From NCBI GenBank assembly GCA_032250835.1, contig JAVVEA010000009.1:72398-136397 (forward strand): 64,000 nucleotides of DNA. Direction: 5' to 3'. The translations under genes and the position numbers were made by a program. Under the pieces are notes generated by a model. The model ran no database searches and was not told where the DNA came from. It saw only the letters and a program-made list of their open reading frames with translations. Shown here in pieces: positions 49,025-58,604 of this stretch. The first letter of the stretch is position 1; every line of letters begins with the position of its first letter. The DNA comes from a bacterium (GTDB taxonomy: Bacteria; SAR324; XYD2-FULL-50-16).

Positions 49025-49459
49025 TTACAAACCGATCAATGAGGTTCGCTGCGTTTGTTTGTATTCAACTTCTTGATAAACCACCCGGTCGTCCGTTGCG
49101 ATAGTCAGTTCCTCAGCGGGGGTCAAAGGACTCCACTGCAGGTATTCCACCAAACGAAGGGTCAGGGTCGCTTGAAAATGCAAGGCGTCGCTTTCGGTCA
49201 AGACTTGTTCAAATCCCTCTTCGGGGTGGCCAAATTGCTCGAACCAATCAAAGAGACTTAGACAGATTGCCGGGTAGATACGGGTCTTGTGTAGGTTCGA
49301 AAGGACCAACTGGGCTTGGTAGGATTGGTCCACCCAAATCGAGCTTCCTTGGGCTTGAAATCGGCGGGTGCTAGCGCCTAGCAGCAAGGCGGCGCAGTCG
49401 CCAGCAGTCAGTGAGGTTTGGCTGGTCAAAAAGTCGATAAGCTGGGTCAAGCGCAACAT
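49025..49459 (-). CDS. Tail completion/terminator protein (P2 gpR-like)
   Basis: First gene of the cluster, upstream of the sheath; L..LIDFL...Y.A.L...L..W...LTLRLVE pattern. Confidence 0.55.
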   Translation of the reverse strand: MLRLTQLIDFLTSQTSLTAGDCAALLLGASTRRFQAQGSSIWVDQSYQAQLVLSNLHKTRIYPAICLSLFDWFEQFGHPEEGFEQVLTESDALHFQATLTLRLVEYLQWSPLTPAEELTIATDDRVVYQEVEYKQTQRTSLIGL

Positions 49460-49724
49460 AAACAACTCGTTAAAGGTTTTTGCTGAAGTTGCGCTCAGGC
49501 TAAATCAATCTTTAGCGTTACATCAGGCGGAAAGGATTCCCAAAGATTGTATTGCAACGCGGATAGGGGAAAATAGGCGGACCCAGCGGCCCGCAATCCA
49601 GCTAATTTGACCGAAAGCGACCAATTACCCCATTCCATTGCTATCAGTTTTAGGGTATTCTCCGTAGCAACTATCCCAGCCTTTGCGGGAACTCTGCCTA
49701 CTTAGCCCCTAAAGAGGCCAAAAA

Positions 49725-51773
49725 ATGCGTTGGATTTTGTTGGCGATTTGCTTCTTCGTTGCGCCCTGGGTCACCTTTGGGACCCCGGTTTTGCTCAACT
49801 CTTCGGCTTCTGCATACCCTTTGGGGTTGCGGCTACAAATATTAGAAGACCCAAAAGGTAATTTGGGATTCAAAGAGGTCCAAAGCCGCGTTGAGGCTTT
49901 TAAACCCAGCGACCAAGCAACGCCGAACTTCGGTTTCACCAGTTCGGCCTATTGGGCTTATGTGGACCTCAGCAATCAGGACCCCGAGCGCAGTGAGTGG
50001 TTGTTGGAATTTGGTTATCCCCTGATCGACCGCCTCAGCCTTTACATTCCCAACCAACAAGGGGTTTATGTGGAGCGCAAGGCCGGGGACTTATTGCCCT
50101 TCGATTCCAGGGAAGTCAAACACCATAACTTCTTGTTTCGATTCGACCTCGCCGAGGGACAAAGTAAACGCATTTTCTTGCGGGTTCAAAGTGCCAGTAG
50201 TCTACAAATCCCGTTAACCCTTTGGGAGGCTTCAGAGTTTTCTGAGGTAGTCTACCGGCAGACCTATGAATTTGGGCTTTACTACGGCATCCTGCTGGCG
50301 ATGATGCTTTATAACCTGTTCATTTTCCTTTCGATCCGGGACCGAAACTACCTCTTTTACGTCTTGTTCATCGGTTTTTTTGTGGGGCTGCAAATGTCCT
50401 TAAACGGCTTGGCCTACCAATATCTTTGGCCCCAGTCTCCTTTCTTGGCTAACAAGGGCATCCCCGTCTTTTTAGTCGCCGCTTTGCTCTTTTCTAGCCT
50501 CTTCACCAGAGGGTATTTGTTACTCAACCAACGCCACCAGCGACTCAACCGGATTATGGCTTGGTTTGAGGGGTTATTGTTGGTCGTGACCCTAGCCAAT
50601 CTCTTTTTGGATTACCGTATCGCCATTAAGATTAGTACCTTGATGGCACTTCCTGCGATGGGTTTCATCCTGAGCGCCGGGGCCATCTCAGCGCGCAAGG
50701 GGTACCGCCCGGCCTATTACTTTTTGTTGGCTTGGTCTGCCTTGATCGGTGGCGCTACGCTGATGGCTTTAAAATCCTTCGGCGTGCTCCCTTCCATGTT
50801 TTTGACTGATTATGGAATGCAGATCGGCGCGGCCATGGAGGTCTTGTTGCTGTCTTTAGGTCTCGCCGACAAGATCAACGTGATGCGTAAGGAAAAATAT
50901 CTGGCCGAACGCGCAGCAGGCGAAGAGGCGAAGCGGCGGTTTGATGAATTACAAAAACTAGTGGCTGAGGTGGAAGCCAAGGCCTCCCAGGTGGCCCAGG
51001 CCTCCCAATCCCTTTCGAGCAGCACCGAACAAATTGCCCAAGGTGCCGGGCGTATGGCGGAGAATTTAAGCCAGGAACAAAAAGCCTTAGAAGCGACCAA
51101 CCAAGCCATTGCCGAGATGGTCGAGCGTAATCAGGAAATCACCGCCCAGGTGAACCAGGGGTTTGAGGCCGCTCAAGGAGCTATGTCCAATGCGGAAGCC
51201 GGTAACGCGGCGATCATGCGGACCACGGAGTCGATGGCGCGGATCGAAGAGGCGAGCAAAAAGATTCAAGGGATCACCAAGGTGATCACCGGTATTGCCA
51301 GCCAAACCAACTTACTGAGCCTCAATGCGGCGATTGAGGCGGCCAAAGCCGGAGAATTTGGCAAGGGATTTTCGGTCGTCGCCCAAGAGGTGCGCGATCT
51401 GGCCGGGCGCAGCAACCAAGCAGTTTCGCAGATCAACCAACTGATCGAACAAAGCGTGGACCGCGTCAACGACGGGAATCAGGTGATCCAAGACACCAGC
51501 GAGCAATTACAGTCCATCATCACCCAAGTGGAGGCGCTCTCCAGCTTGACCCAAGAGATTCAAGCCGCCGTAGTCCAGCAGAACCAACGGATCGAGCAAA
51601 TTGCCGGGGCCAATGTACAAATCGGCCAGGGCTCTCGTTCGAACGCTCAAGGGGCCCACGAATTTGTGGCCACTACGGCCGAAATTTCTTCTACCGCCCA
51701 AAGCCTCAATCAAGTGGCCGATGACCTGCGAGCCACCATGCAGCGCATTAAATTGGGCCAAGGTGCCGCCTAG
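49725..51773 (+). CDS. 7TM-DISM methyl-accepting chemotaxis protein
   Basis: DISMED2 ([10 protein letters not shown]), 7TM-DISM ([16 protein letters not shown]) and MCP hairpin [34 protein letters not shown]. Confidence 0.92.
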   Translation: MRWILLAICFFVAPWVTFGTPVLLNSSASAYPLGLRLQILEDPKGNLGFKEVQSRVEAFKPSDQATPNFGFTSSAYWAYVDLSNQDPERSEWLLEFGYPLIDRLSLYIPNQQGVYVERKAGDLLPFDSREVKHHNFLFRFDLAEGQSKRIFLRVQSASSLQIPLTLWEASEFSEVVYRQTYEFGLYYGILLAMMLYNLFIFLSIRDRNYLFYVLFIGFFVGLQMSLNGLAYQYLWPQSPFLANKGIPVFLVAALLFSSLFTRGYLLLNQRHQRLNRIMAWFEGLLLVVTLANLFLDYRIAIKISTLMALPAMGFILSAGAISARKGYRPAYYFLLAWSALIGGATLMALKSFGVLPSMFLTDYGMQIGAAMEVLLLSLGLADKINVMRKEKYLAERAAGEEAKRRFDELQKLVAEVEAKASQVAQASQSLSSSTEQIAQGAGRMAENLSQEQKALEATNQAIAEMVERNQEITAQVNQGFEAAQGAMSNAEAGNAAIMRTTESMARIEEASKKIQGITKVITGIASQTNLLSLNAAIEAAKAGEFGKGFSVVAQEVRDLAGRSNQAVSQINQLIEQSVDRVNDGNQVIQDTSEQLQSIITQVEALSSLTQEIQAAVVQQNQRIEQIAGANVQIGQGSRSNAQGAHEFVATTAEISSTAQSLNQVADDLRATMQRIKLGQGAA

Positions 51774-52789
51774 CGGACCCAGGTGATGTTCAAGGAGCCA
51801 AAGGTCACCGGGTCGCTCTGACCGTCAAACTCCTTGCTACGGATCATTTGAGACATCGAAATCCTAAGGCGGGGCCATTGGAACAAAAACCCTCGCTGTA
51901 CGTCACCGACGATCATCTCACGATGGACCCGATGGCTTGAGTCAAAGGTATTGCCGTCTAAAAACAGGTTACGCCCCATGATTCGGCTCTCGTATCCCAT
52001 AAATACATACCAGCTAAAAGGGCCGCCCGGAGCAAAGTAGACCGTGCCGGGGAACCCGGGGCTGATGGTTGAAGGGGGGCCGAAGTCGGATCTCAGGTTG
52101 CCGCCGATGCGCAAGATCATCCCACCGCCGCCGTAGGTATACACATTGCCCAAGGCCATGCTGAAGTGAGGTGCCACTTCATAGTCCAGTCCTGTATTGC
52201 CCAATTTTTCAAGAATCTGCCAACGGCGCACGTAGCCTAGCCCTAAAGTGGGCTCATTTTTTAGCTGGTACTGCCAACCCTGGGCGGGTTCATCATCGAC
52301 CCATTGATGGAAGGCCTTTTGGACCTTTTCTCCATGGGCGGCTGGTCCCACGACGCCTAAGGTAAGGGTTAGCCCGTTGGCCGAGCGCAGGACTTTTTCG
52401 TCTTCGAGCAAACTGACCAAGCTCACGGAGCCATAGATCCAACCAGCATAGGGCCGGTCATCACTTTCTAAAACATCAGACCAAGTGGCTTCGGGGGTGA
52501 AGATTTTTTGACCCATTTGGTATAGGGCCACAGATTGCGGGGTTTCTTCAAAAAAGGGCACCCATGCCGCTATCGTCGAGAGATAGGCGGGCGTGGGGTG
52601 GCCCACTTCGAGCAGCGAAAACTCAGTGCCATGGGTGTAAAACCGGTCGCCCGAAAAGGCCAGAAAATCGTTTTCTACCTGGACGCTGTAAAAGCGCCAA
52701 TGGGGAGGTTCGTCAGGTAGGTCCTCGGCCCAGCCTAATGAAGGGATACATAGGGTGAGCAACACCCAAACCGACCAGTTCTTGAGCAT
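51770..52789 (-). CDS. Lipid A deacylase LpxR family outer-membrane protein
   Basis: ENDF...[39 protein letters not shown]. Confidence 0.88.
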   Translation of the reverse strand: MLKNWSVWVLLTLCIPSLGWAEDLPDEPPHWRFYSVQVENDFLAFSGDRFYTHGTEFSLLEVGHPTPAYLSTIAAWVPFFEETPQSVALYQMGQKIFTPEATWSDVLESDDRPYAGWIYGSVSLVSLLEDEKVLRSANGLTLTLGVVGPAAHGEKVQKAFHQWVDDEPAQGWQYQLKNEPTLGLGYVRRWQILEKLGNTGLDYEVAPHFSMALGNVYTYGGGGMILRIGGNLRSDFGPPSTISPGFPGTVYFAPGGPFSWYVFMGYESRIMGRNLFLDGNTFDSSHRVHREMIVGDVQRGFLFQWPRLRISMSQMIRSKEFDGQSDPVTFGSLNITWVR

Positions 52790-52912
52790 AGTCCAGACCA
52801 AAGGATTGTCTTGTTCCCTTCTAGACTGCCAAGCTCCCCGCTATGGGGCAAGCGGACTTACGCGGTCACTGGCCGAAAATTTTCGACCATCCCCATTCGG
52901 CTATTCTAGGCT

Positions 52913-53587
52913 TTAAGGTAAGACCTCAATCGACTGAATGAAAGCTTGGGCCGTTCCCTGGGTGTCTCGGGTATCGATTTCAATGGCGATGCCCGTAATC
53001 GGTGGGACCTGGGCTTGGCCAAATTCCTTCTTAAACAAATCCGCAATGGGGACCTCGGTGACCACCAATTGGTTCAACTTAGGCGCACAGGGCAAACAGA
53101 AATACCGGCCACCCTTCTTGTAATAATTACCTACATAGGCCTTATTCTCCTGTTCCTTTTCGCCCAGAAAGAAGCTGATAAAGTAAGGAACATTGGGGAT
53201 CGCAAAGCTGCCGCTGTCGATTTTTTTGTCACCGAAAGAAAAGACCACCGAGACGGCCTCACGCAACACCCCCTTTTCCCAGTCCGCCCCCTTGGGGAAT
53301 TGGTTCACGCCCCACTTGATCCGGATCTTCTGGGCATTTTTAAGGTTCAGCTCTTTGCTGAACAGGCCCAAAGTGGGCCCTTTAGTGCTAAAGACCAGCT
53401 GGCCTTCTTTAAACTCTGTTTGGATTTCGTCTGCGTCGCGCTGGAGGTCAAAACCATTGGATTTAATCCAGGCCGAAGCCGACCCGGACTGCTGGTTAAA
53501 ATCAGCCTGCCAGAGCGGCTCGGCTCGTAACGGGGCAGGTAGCAGCCCAACCAACGCCAAAGTTAGCACGGCGAGGAAAACACGCAT
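52913..53587 (-). CDS. Secreted hypothetical protein
   Basis: Signal peptide ending LRA-E; WGVNQFPKGADWE and ITGIAIEIDTRDT loosely resemble DUF3047-like proteins. Confidence 0.65.
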   Translation of the reverse strand: MRVFLAVLTLALVGLLPAPLRAEPLWQADFNQQSGSASAWIKSNGFDLQRDADEIQTEFKEGQLVFSTKGPTLGLFSKELNLKNAQKIRIKWGVNQFPKGADWEKGVLREAVSVVFSFGDKKIDSGSFAIPNVPYFISFFLGEKEQENKAYVGNYYKKGGRYFCLPCAPKLNQLVVTEVPIADLFKKEFGQAQVPPITGIAIEIDTRDTQGTAQAFIQSIEVLP

Positions 53588-53772
53588 GGGAATCTCCAGA
53601 GTAAGTTTAAACGGCGGCGGTCTGGTTGACAACCAACCCTTTGGGGTAGTTTTTAGCCCCCTCACTAATATTGATCTAACGAAACAATTTGTCTAGCCTG
53701 CGAGAACTTTCTGTTGGATATAAATTATTTATATAGTATTATACATATAATTCAACCTTCCCCAGGAGCCCT

Positions 53773-54159
53773 ATGTTTAACCCCATCCAAATCCCGGCCG
53801 ATGCCGTTATGTTGTTTAACATCGTCAAGCTCAAGCCCGGCGTTACGCTCGAAGACGTAGAATTAGAGATTGGCGAAATGTGTAATGTCGTCAAGTCCAC
53901 CTATGGTAATGACCAAGGCGGCTTCATTGCCGGTCAGGTCTTCAAATTTTCGGGTTTTATCTCTAAAGAAGGGTCCATGAATGCCGACGAGGCCGCAGAC
54001 GCGCATTATGCCATCGTCACCTATTGGAAATCCTTTGATCAACACGAACATTCCCATGCAGACCAGACTTTTTTAGACAAATTTAATGCGGTCCTAGCCC
54101 ATTGCACCGAAGCCAAAGAGCTAGGATACGAGCTTTTGTGGCAGGGTTCCCCAGAATAA
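53773..54159 (+). CDS. Small dimeric alpha/beta-barrel (ABM-like) protein
   Basis: 128 aa, AGGAG RBS, GFIAGQVF...YAIVTYWKSFDQHEHSH. Confidence 0.65.
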   Translation: MFNPIQIPADAVMLFNIVKLKPGVTLEDVELEIGEMCNVVKSTYGNDQGGFIAGQVFKFSGFISKEGSMNADEAADAHYAIVTYWKSFDQHEHSHADQTFLDKFNAVLAHCTEAKELGYELLWQGSPE

Positions 54160-54265
54160 AAAGCAAGTTGCAGCCTGCTATGGATTTTAACGCGCCGCGC
54201 TGCTACCTTGGATTTGCAGACCGCATGAGGAGCGGTTATTAGGCAAAAAATTTTAGGGGGGCTAA

Positions 54266-56008
54266 ATGAAGGGGCGCGTTATCTTTACCCTGGTCTTGCC
54301 GCTATTGGTGGGCATTTCCTCGTTGGGTATCTTTTTGATCGAAGGGGAGCCGGAAAGTCCCTTTGCATCGCTGTTTAACAGCCTATGGTGGACGGTGGTG
54401 ACCTTCACCACCGTAGGCTACGGAGATATGTCCCCGGTGACGGTGCCGGGGCGTACCTTTGGCCTGTTCATCTTGGCTACCGGGGTTTTGATCAACTCGA
54501 TCATCATCTCGATGATCTCCAACTGGTTTTTTGCCCTCAAGTCCAGCCGTTCGGCGGGCCTAAAGCCCGTTAGCGCCAACGAGCATATTCTGATCTGCTC
54601 GGACAGCCCCGTCTTTATCCAATCGCTGCTCGACGAAAACCACCGTTTTGTTAAAGAAGGGCGGGCGGTGATCATCAGTCCCCTGACCCAACACCCCCTC
54701 TTGGGTACGAGCTATGAAAAAATCCCCTGGGTCCATGGGGATGCCTACCGCGTGGGGATTTTAAAAAAGGCCTCGGCTCCGCTGGCCGAAATCGCCTACG
54801 TTGCCTTCAAAGATGACGCCGATACGGTGATGACCGTCATGCAGCTAGAGGTCTTAAGCCCCGGCGGGCGGATCAAGACCATGGCGCAATACCAGATCCG
54901 CGATTATCAGGCCCACCTAATGAATGTGGGTTGTGACTATGCCATCAAAACTTACGATGTATACGTGCCCTTGATGGTGCAAGCCTGCATCTCACAAGGA
55001 GCCCCGGTTTGGGTTCGTGATGTGATTTTGCGGCTCACCGGCATGCCTAGCCTCAAGCGCAAAGGACCCTTGGGCGAAGGGAAAGAAACCACTTGGCTAC
55101 AGCACCTAATAGATTCAAAGCGGCAACTAGGTGAAACCCCTTTGGGTTTGATCGACACCAGCGGCCAATTGTTAGTCAATCCTCCGGCCAACCGGCTGTT
55201 GTTAGCGTCGGACTTGGTCTTGACTATGGTCCCGCCTAAACCCGGCGACTTGGGTGACCACGAGCAACAGGCCATCCCGATCCAGGGATTTGAATCGATC
55301 AAAAAAGAAGGGCACATCATCATCTGCTCGGACAACGCGCCCTTTATTGACCGGGTCTTAAGTGAGTTGGAATTAGCCGGTATCTTTAGTGAGATCATTG
55401 TATTATCTCCGCTCAAAGCCTTTCCAGATAAAGTCCATGTACCAGAACTCACCTGGGTCCAGGCCTCCTCTTTCTCCGATTTCGGCATCGGACACACCCA
55501 CCCGACCAAAGCCCGCATCGCCTTTATTGACCACCAACGCGACAGCCATACCCTGATGGCCGTTTTGCGGCTCGAAAGCCTGACCAATGGAGACATCTTT
55601 ACAGTAGCCAGCTATAAAGAACCGGATTTCGACGAGCGATTGATCGGCGTGGGCTGTGACTACTGTGTTAACGTAGACGAACTGATCGCTCCGATCATGT
55701 CGCAAAATGCGGTGCACCCTGGCGTGGGGATGTTGATTGAGCAAATCATTTCCCATAAACCCGAAAGCCAAAGCCTGTTTGTTTTAACCCTGACGGAGCA
55801 ATGGGAAGCTTGCAGCTGGATCGACTCGACCGCTAAGCTCAAGGAAACCGACGAAATTTTGCCCTTGGCCTTAATCCGGGCCGGCGACAACCGATTGATG
55901 GTCTCACCGCACCCCGAAGTGACCGTAAACCCCGGCGACCGCATGATCCTGATCACCCAAGCGGACGCAAAATTTGAACAAGCCTATTTCGAGTCCTATC
56001 ACCTTTAA
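54266..56008 (+). CDS. 2-TM potassium channel with tandem RCK domains
   Basis: WWTVVTFTTVGYGD selectivity filter; two RCK-like repeats starting HILICSD and HIIICSD. Confidence 0.9.
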   Translation: MKGRVIFTLVLPLLVGISSLGIFLIEGEPESPFASLFNSLWWTVVTFTTVGYGDMSPVTVPGRTFGLFILATGVLINSIIISMISNWFFALKSSRSAGLKPVSANEHILICSDSPVFIQSLLDENHRFVKEGRAVIISPLTQHPLLGTSYEKIPWVHGDAYRVGILKKASAPLAEIAYVAFKDDADTVMTVMQLEVLSPGGRIKTMAQYQIRDYQAHLMNVGCDYAIKTYDVYVPLMVQACISQGAPVWVRDVILRLTGMPSLKRKGPLGEGKETTWLQHLIDSKRQLGETPLGLIDTSGQLLVNPPANRLLLASDLVLTMVPPKPGDLGDHEQQAIPIQGFESIKKEGHIIICSDNAPFIDRVLSELELAGIFSEIIVLSPLKAFPDKVHVPELTWVQASSFSDFGIGHTHPTKARIAFIDHQRDSHTLMAVLRLESLTNGDIFTVASYKEPDFDERLIGVGCDYCVNVDELIAPIMSQNAVHPGVGMLIEQIISHKPESQSLFVLTLTEQWEACSWIDSTAKLKETDEILPLALIRAGDNRLMVSPHPEVTVNPGDRMILITQADAKFEQAYFESYHL

Positions 56009-56168
56009 CTAGGCAAGCCCACCCTTCCCTTATTTGCCCGGACCCCTTCGGGCAAGTCCAGCCTAGATACCCCACCAGCCCTGAAACTTGTTCCGGTCAA
56101 TAAACTTTAAAATACTTGTAATCATAGAGTAAAATTTTTGATTCCCGGCAATCTTGCGGGCCGAAGAT

Positions 56169-56201
56169 TTGACACAGAGGTCTAATTTCTGTAGATATAG
56201 T
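56169..56201 (+). promoter_or_regulatory. Probable sigma70 promoter of ectABC
   Basis: Perfect TTGACA at 56169-56174 followed by TAGATA at 17 nt spacing, within TAGATATAGT. Confidence 0.45.
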
Positions 56202-56302
56202 TCGTAATCAAATTATTTTACCTGCAAGCAGCAGGTATGTAGGTTCCCTAGGGACCCTAACTTCACTGGTCCGCCCGATGGCAGGCCAATCCAAACCTAC
56301 CC

Positions 56303-56797
56303 ATGTCTATTTATCAGTTCCGCAACCCGCGCTTGAGCGACGGTTTGGCGGTCTATCAGTTAATCCAGGCTTCCCCGCCATTGGATCTGAATTCGGCTTA
56401 TGCCTACCACTTGATCTGCCACGATTTCGCCCAAAGCAGCCTGATCGCCGAACGAGAAGGTACGCTGGTCGGATTTATCTCCGGCTACCGCAGGCCCCAG
56501 GCCCCACAAACCTTATTTATTTGGCAGGTGGCGGTGGCGCCAAGCCAACGAGGGCAAGGACTGGCCTCGCAAATGTTAGATCAATTGATCGACCAGCCGC
56601 AACACCAAGACCTGCGGGCCCTTGAAACCACGATTGGGCCCAGCAACAACGCATCGAACCAACTATTCACTTCCCTAGCCATGCGCCGAGGAGCCCAAGT
56701 CTCGAAAAGTCAGTTTCTAGGCCTAGAAGACTTTGGTACCGACAGCCACGAAGAAGAAATTTTATATCATATCTCTCCGATCCACCAACTCCCTTAA
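56303..56797 (+). CDS. ectA: Diaminobutyrate acetyltransferase
   Basis: PPLDLNSAYAY, TLFIWQVAV, RGQGLA, ETTIGPSNNAS, HEEE. Confidence 0.95.
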   Translation: MSIYQFRNPRLSDGLAVYQLIQASPPLDLNSAYAYHLICHDFAQSSLIAEREGTLVGFISGYRRPQAPQTLFIWQVAVAPSQRGQGLASQMLDQLIDQPQHQDLRALETTIGPSNNASNQLFTSLAMRRGAQVSKSQFLGLEDFGTDSHEEEILYHISPIHQLP

Positions 56798-56804
56798 GAA
56801 AAAC

Positions 56805-58082
56805 ATGAGAACCATCGAACGTTACGAATCCCAAGTCCGTAGTTATGTGCGCTCCTTCCCCACCGTATTTGAGCGCGCCAAAGGTGCCCTGCTGTGGGAC
56901 CGCGAAGGCAAAGAGTACATCGACTTTTTTGCCGGTGCCGGAACGCTAAACTATGGCCACAACAACCCCAAGGTGTCTGAAGCCTTGATCAAGCACATCC
57001 AGGCCGACGGGATCGTGCACGGCTTAGACAAGGCCACGGTGGCCAAAATCGACTTCTTAGAGCGCTTACAGCAAACAATCTTACAACCGCGCAACTTGGA
57101 CTATATGGTCCAGTTTACCGGCCCCACCGGCACCAACGCCGTCGAAACCGCCTTAAAGCTCGCGCGGATGGTTAAGCGTCGCTCTAACGTGGTGTCCTTT
57201 ACCAACGGCTATCATGGCCTGACCATGGGCGCTTTGGCGGTAACCGGAAACGACTTTTACCGAGACGAATCATACGGGGTCCGGGTTAACGCCGATTCGG
57301 TACCCTTCGACGGGTATTTTGGCGCGGACGTAAACACCATCGATTACTTGCGCAAATTATTGCAGGACGGCTCCTCCGGCGTGGACCTTCCGGCGGCGAT
57401 CATCGTGGAATCGGTCCAAGCTGAAGGCGGCGTCAACGTGGCTAGTGTCAAATGGTTACAAGAGCTTTCGGCGCTTTGCCAAGAAATGGACATCCTGCTG
57501 ATCATGGACGAAATCCAGGTGGGCAACGGGCGCACTGGCACCTTCTTCAGCTTTGAAGAGGCGGGTATCTACCCCGACATCGTTTGTCTATCCAAGTCCT
57601 TGGGCGGTGGTCTCCCCTTGGCGATTCTTTTGATCCGCCACGAACTAGACCAGTGGCAGCCCGGCGAGCACACCGGCACCTTCCGGGGCAACAATCTAGC
57701 CTTCGTGGCGGCCACCCAACTATTTGACTATTGGGAAACCGACGACTTCAGCCGCGCGGTGGTCCACAAGGGCAAACATCTACGCAAAACCTTAGAAGGC
57801 TTTACCAAAGACTTCCCTGAATTTGAGATGAGCGTGCGCGGTAAAGGCATGATCCTGGGCATGGAATGCCCCCAGAAAGGCATGGCCAGCGCCATCACCA
57901 CCGCCGCTTTTGAGCGGGGCTTGATCTTGGAAACCTGCGGCAACGTGGGCCAAGTGGTCAAGTTCCTCCCGTCCTTAACGATCACCGAGGAAAACCTCAA
58001 TAAGGGTCTGGCGATCTTAAAAGAGAGCATCGAAACGATCCAAGAAAACCGCGCAAAAGCCCTGATCGGAGAGGAGGTTTAA
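56805..58082 (+). CDS. ectB: Diaminobutyrate-2-oxoglutarate transaminase
   Basis: ESQVRSYVRSFPTVF, DFFAGAGTLNYGHN, GPTGTNAVE, PGEHTGTFRGNN. Confidence 0.97.
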   Translation: MRTIERYESQVRSYVRSFPTVFERAKGALLWDREGKEYIDFFAGAGTLNYGHNNPKVSEALIKHIQADGIVHGLDKATVAKIDFLERLQQTILQPRNLDYMVQFTGPTGTNAVETALKLARMVKRRSNVVSFTNGYHGLTMGALAVTGNDFYRDESYGVRVNADSVPFDGYFGADVNTIDYLRKLLQDGSSGVDLPAAIIVESVQAEGGVNVASVKWLQELSALCQEMDILLIMDEIQVGNGRTGTFFSFEEAGIYPDIVCLSKSLGGGLPLAILLIRHELDQWQPGEHTGTFRGNNLAFVAATQLFDYWETDDFSRAVVHKGKHLRKTLEGFTKDFPEFEMSVRGKGMILGMECPQKGMASAITTAAFERGLILETCGNVGQVVKFLPSLTITEENLNKGLAILKESIETIQENRAKALIGEEV

Positions 58083-58471
58083 TGATTGTACGGAAGTTAA
58101 AGGACATCAAAGGCAGCGAACATTCCATCACCCCCGAACATGGCAACTGGACCAGTGACCGTTTCTTGCTCAAGCAGGACGGAATGGGCTTTAGCATGTC
58201 CGAGACCATCATCCGCGCGGGCACCGAAACCTTTATTTGGTACAAAAACCATCTAGAGGCGGTTTATTGCGTCGGTGGTGAAGGGGAGATTGAAGACTTG
58301 AGTACCGGGACCACCCACCAAATTGCGGACGGTACGCTCTACGCTTTAGACGGCCATGAAAAACACTACCTACGCGCGTTTAAGGATATGCGCATGATTT
58401 GTGTTTTCAACCCGCCCTTAACGGGCAAAGAAGTGCACACCAAAGAGGGTTTTTACCCCCTGATGGACTGA
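58082..58471 (+). CDS. ectC: Ectoine synthase
   Basis: WTSDRFLLKQDGMGFS, WYKNHLEAVYC, CVFNPPLTGKEVH. TAATG overlap with ectB. Confidence 0.97.
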   Translation: MIVRKLKDIKGSEHSITPEHGNWTSDRFLLKQDGMGFSMSETIIRAGTETFIWYKNHLEAVYCVGGEGEIEDLSTGTTHQIADGTLYALDGHEKHYLRAFKDMRMICVFNPPLTGKEVHTKEGFYPLMD

Positions 58472-58479
58472 CCCCGCCT

Positions 58480-58514
58480 GATTCAGGGGGTGCCAAGTTA
58501 GGCTCCCCTGAATC
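58480..58514. terminator. Hairpin after ectC in the convergent gap
   Basis: GATTCAGGGG pairs with CCCCTGAATC. Confidence 0.55.
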
Positions 58515-58604
58515 GCTTCTATGCGCCAGGGCTTAAGCAGCTTACTCTCGTCGGCTGGACTGACCCACCTATATCCAGAGGAACTTAGCCAAGCTCCCCT
58601 GCTT

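Larger units (their letters stand above)
40036..49459 (-). mobile_element. Headless HP1/K139-type contractile phage-tail gene cluster (candidate tailocin or contractile injection system)
   Basis: About 14 co-oriented, tightly coupled genes covering completion protein, sheath, tube, chaperone, baseplate, fibre and fibre chaperone. No head, packaging, integrase or lysis genes. Confidence 0.8.

Noticed and set aside
40036-49459. Intact prophage, T6SS or Afp/PVC-type eCIS
   Set aside because: No capsid, terminase or integrase; no TssBC/TssJLM/ClpV; no Afp15-type ATPase or Afp-type gene set.
49483-49498. CTG-N10-CAG (CTGAAGTTGCGCTCAG) upstream of the tail operon as an SOS box
   Set aside because: It is CTGA/TCAG rather than CTGT/ACAG with a GC-rich core, and the LexA motif of this lineage is unknown.
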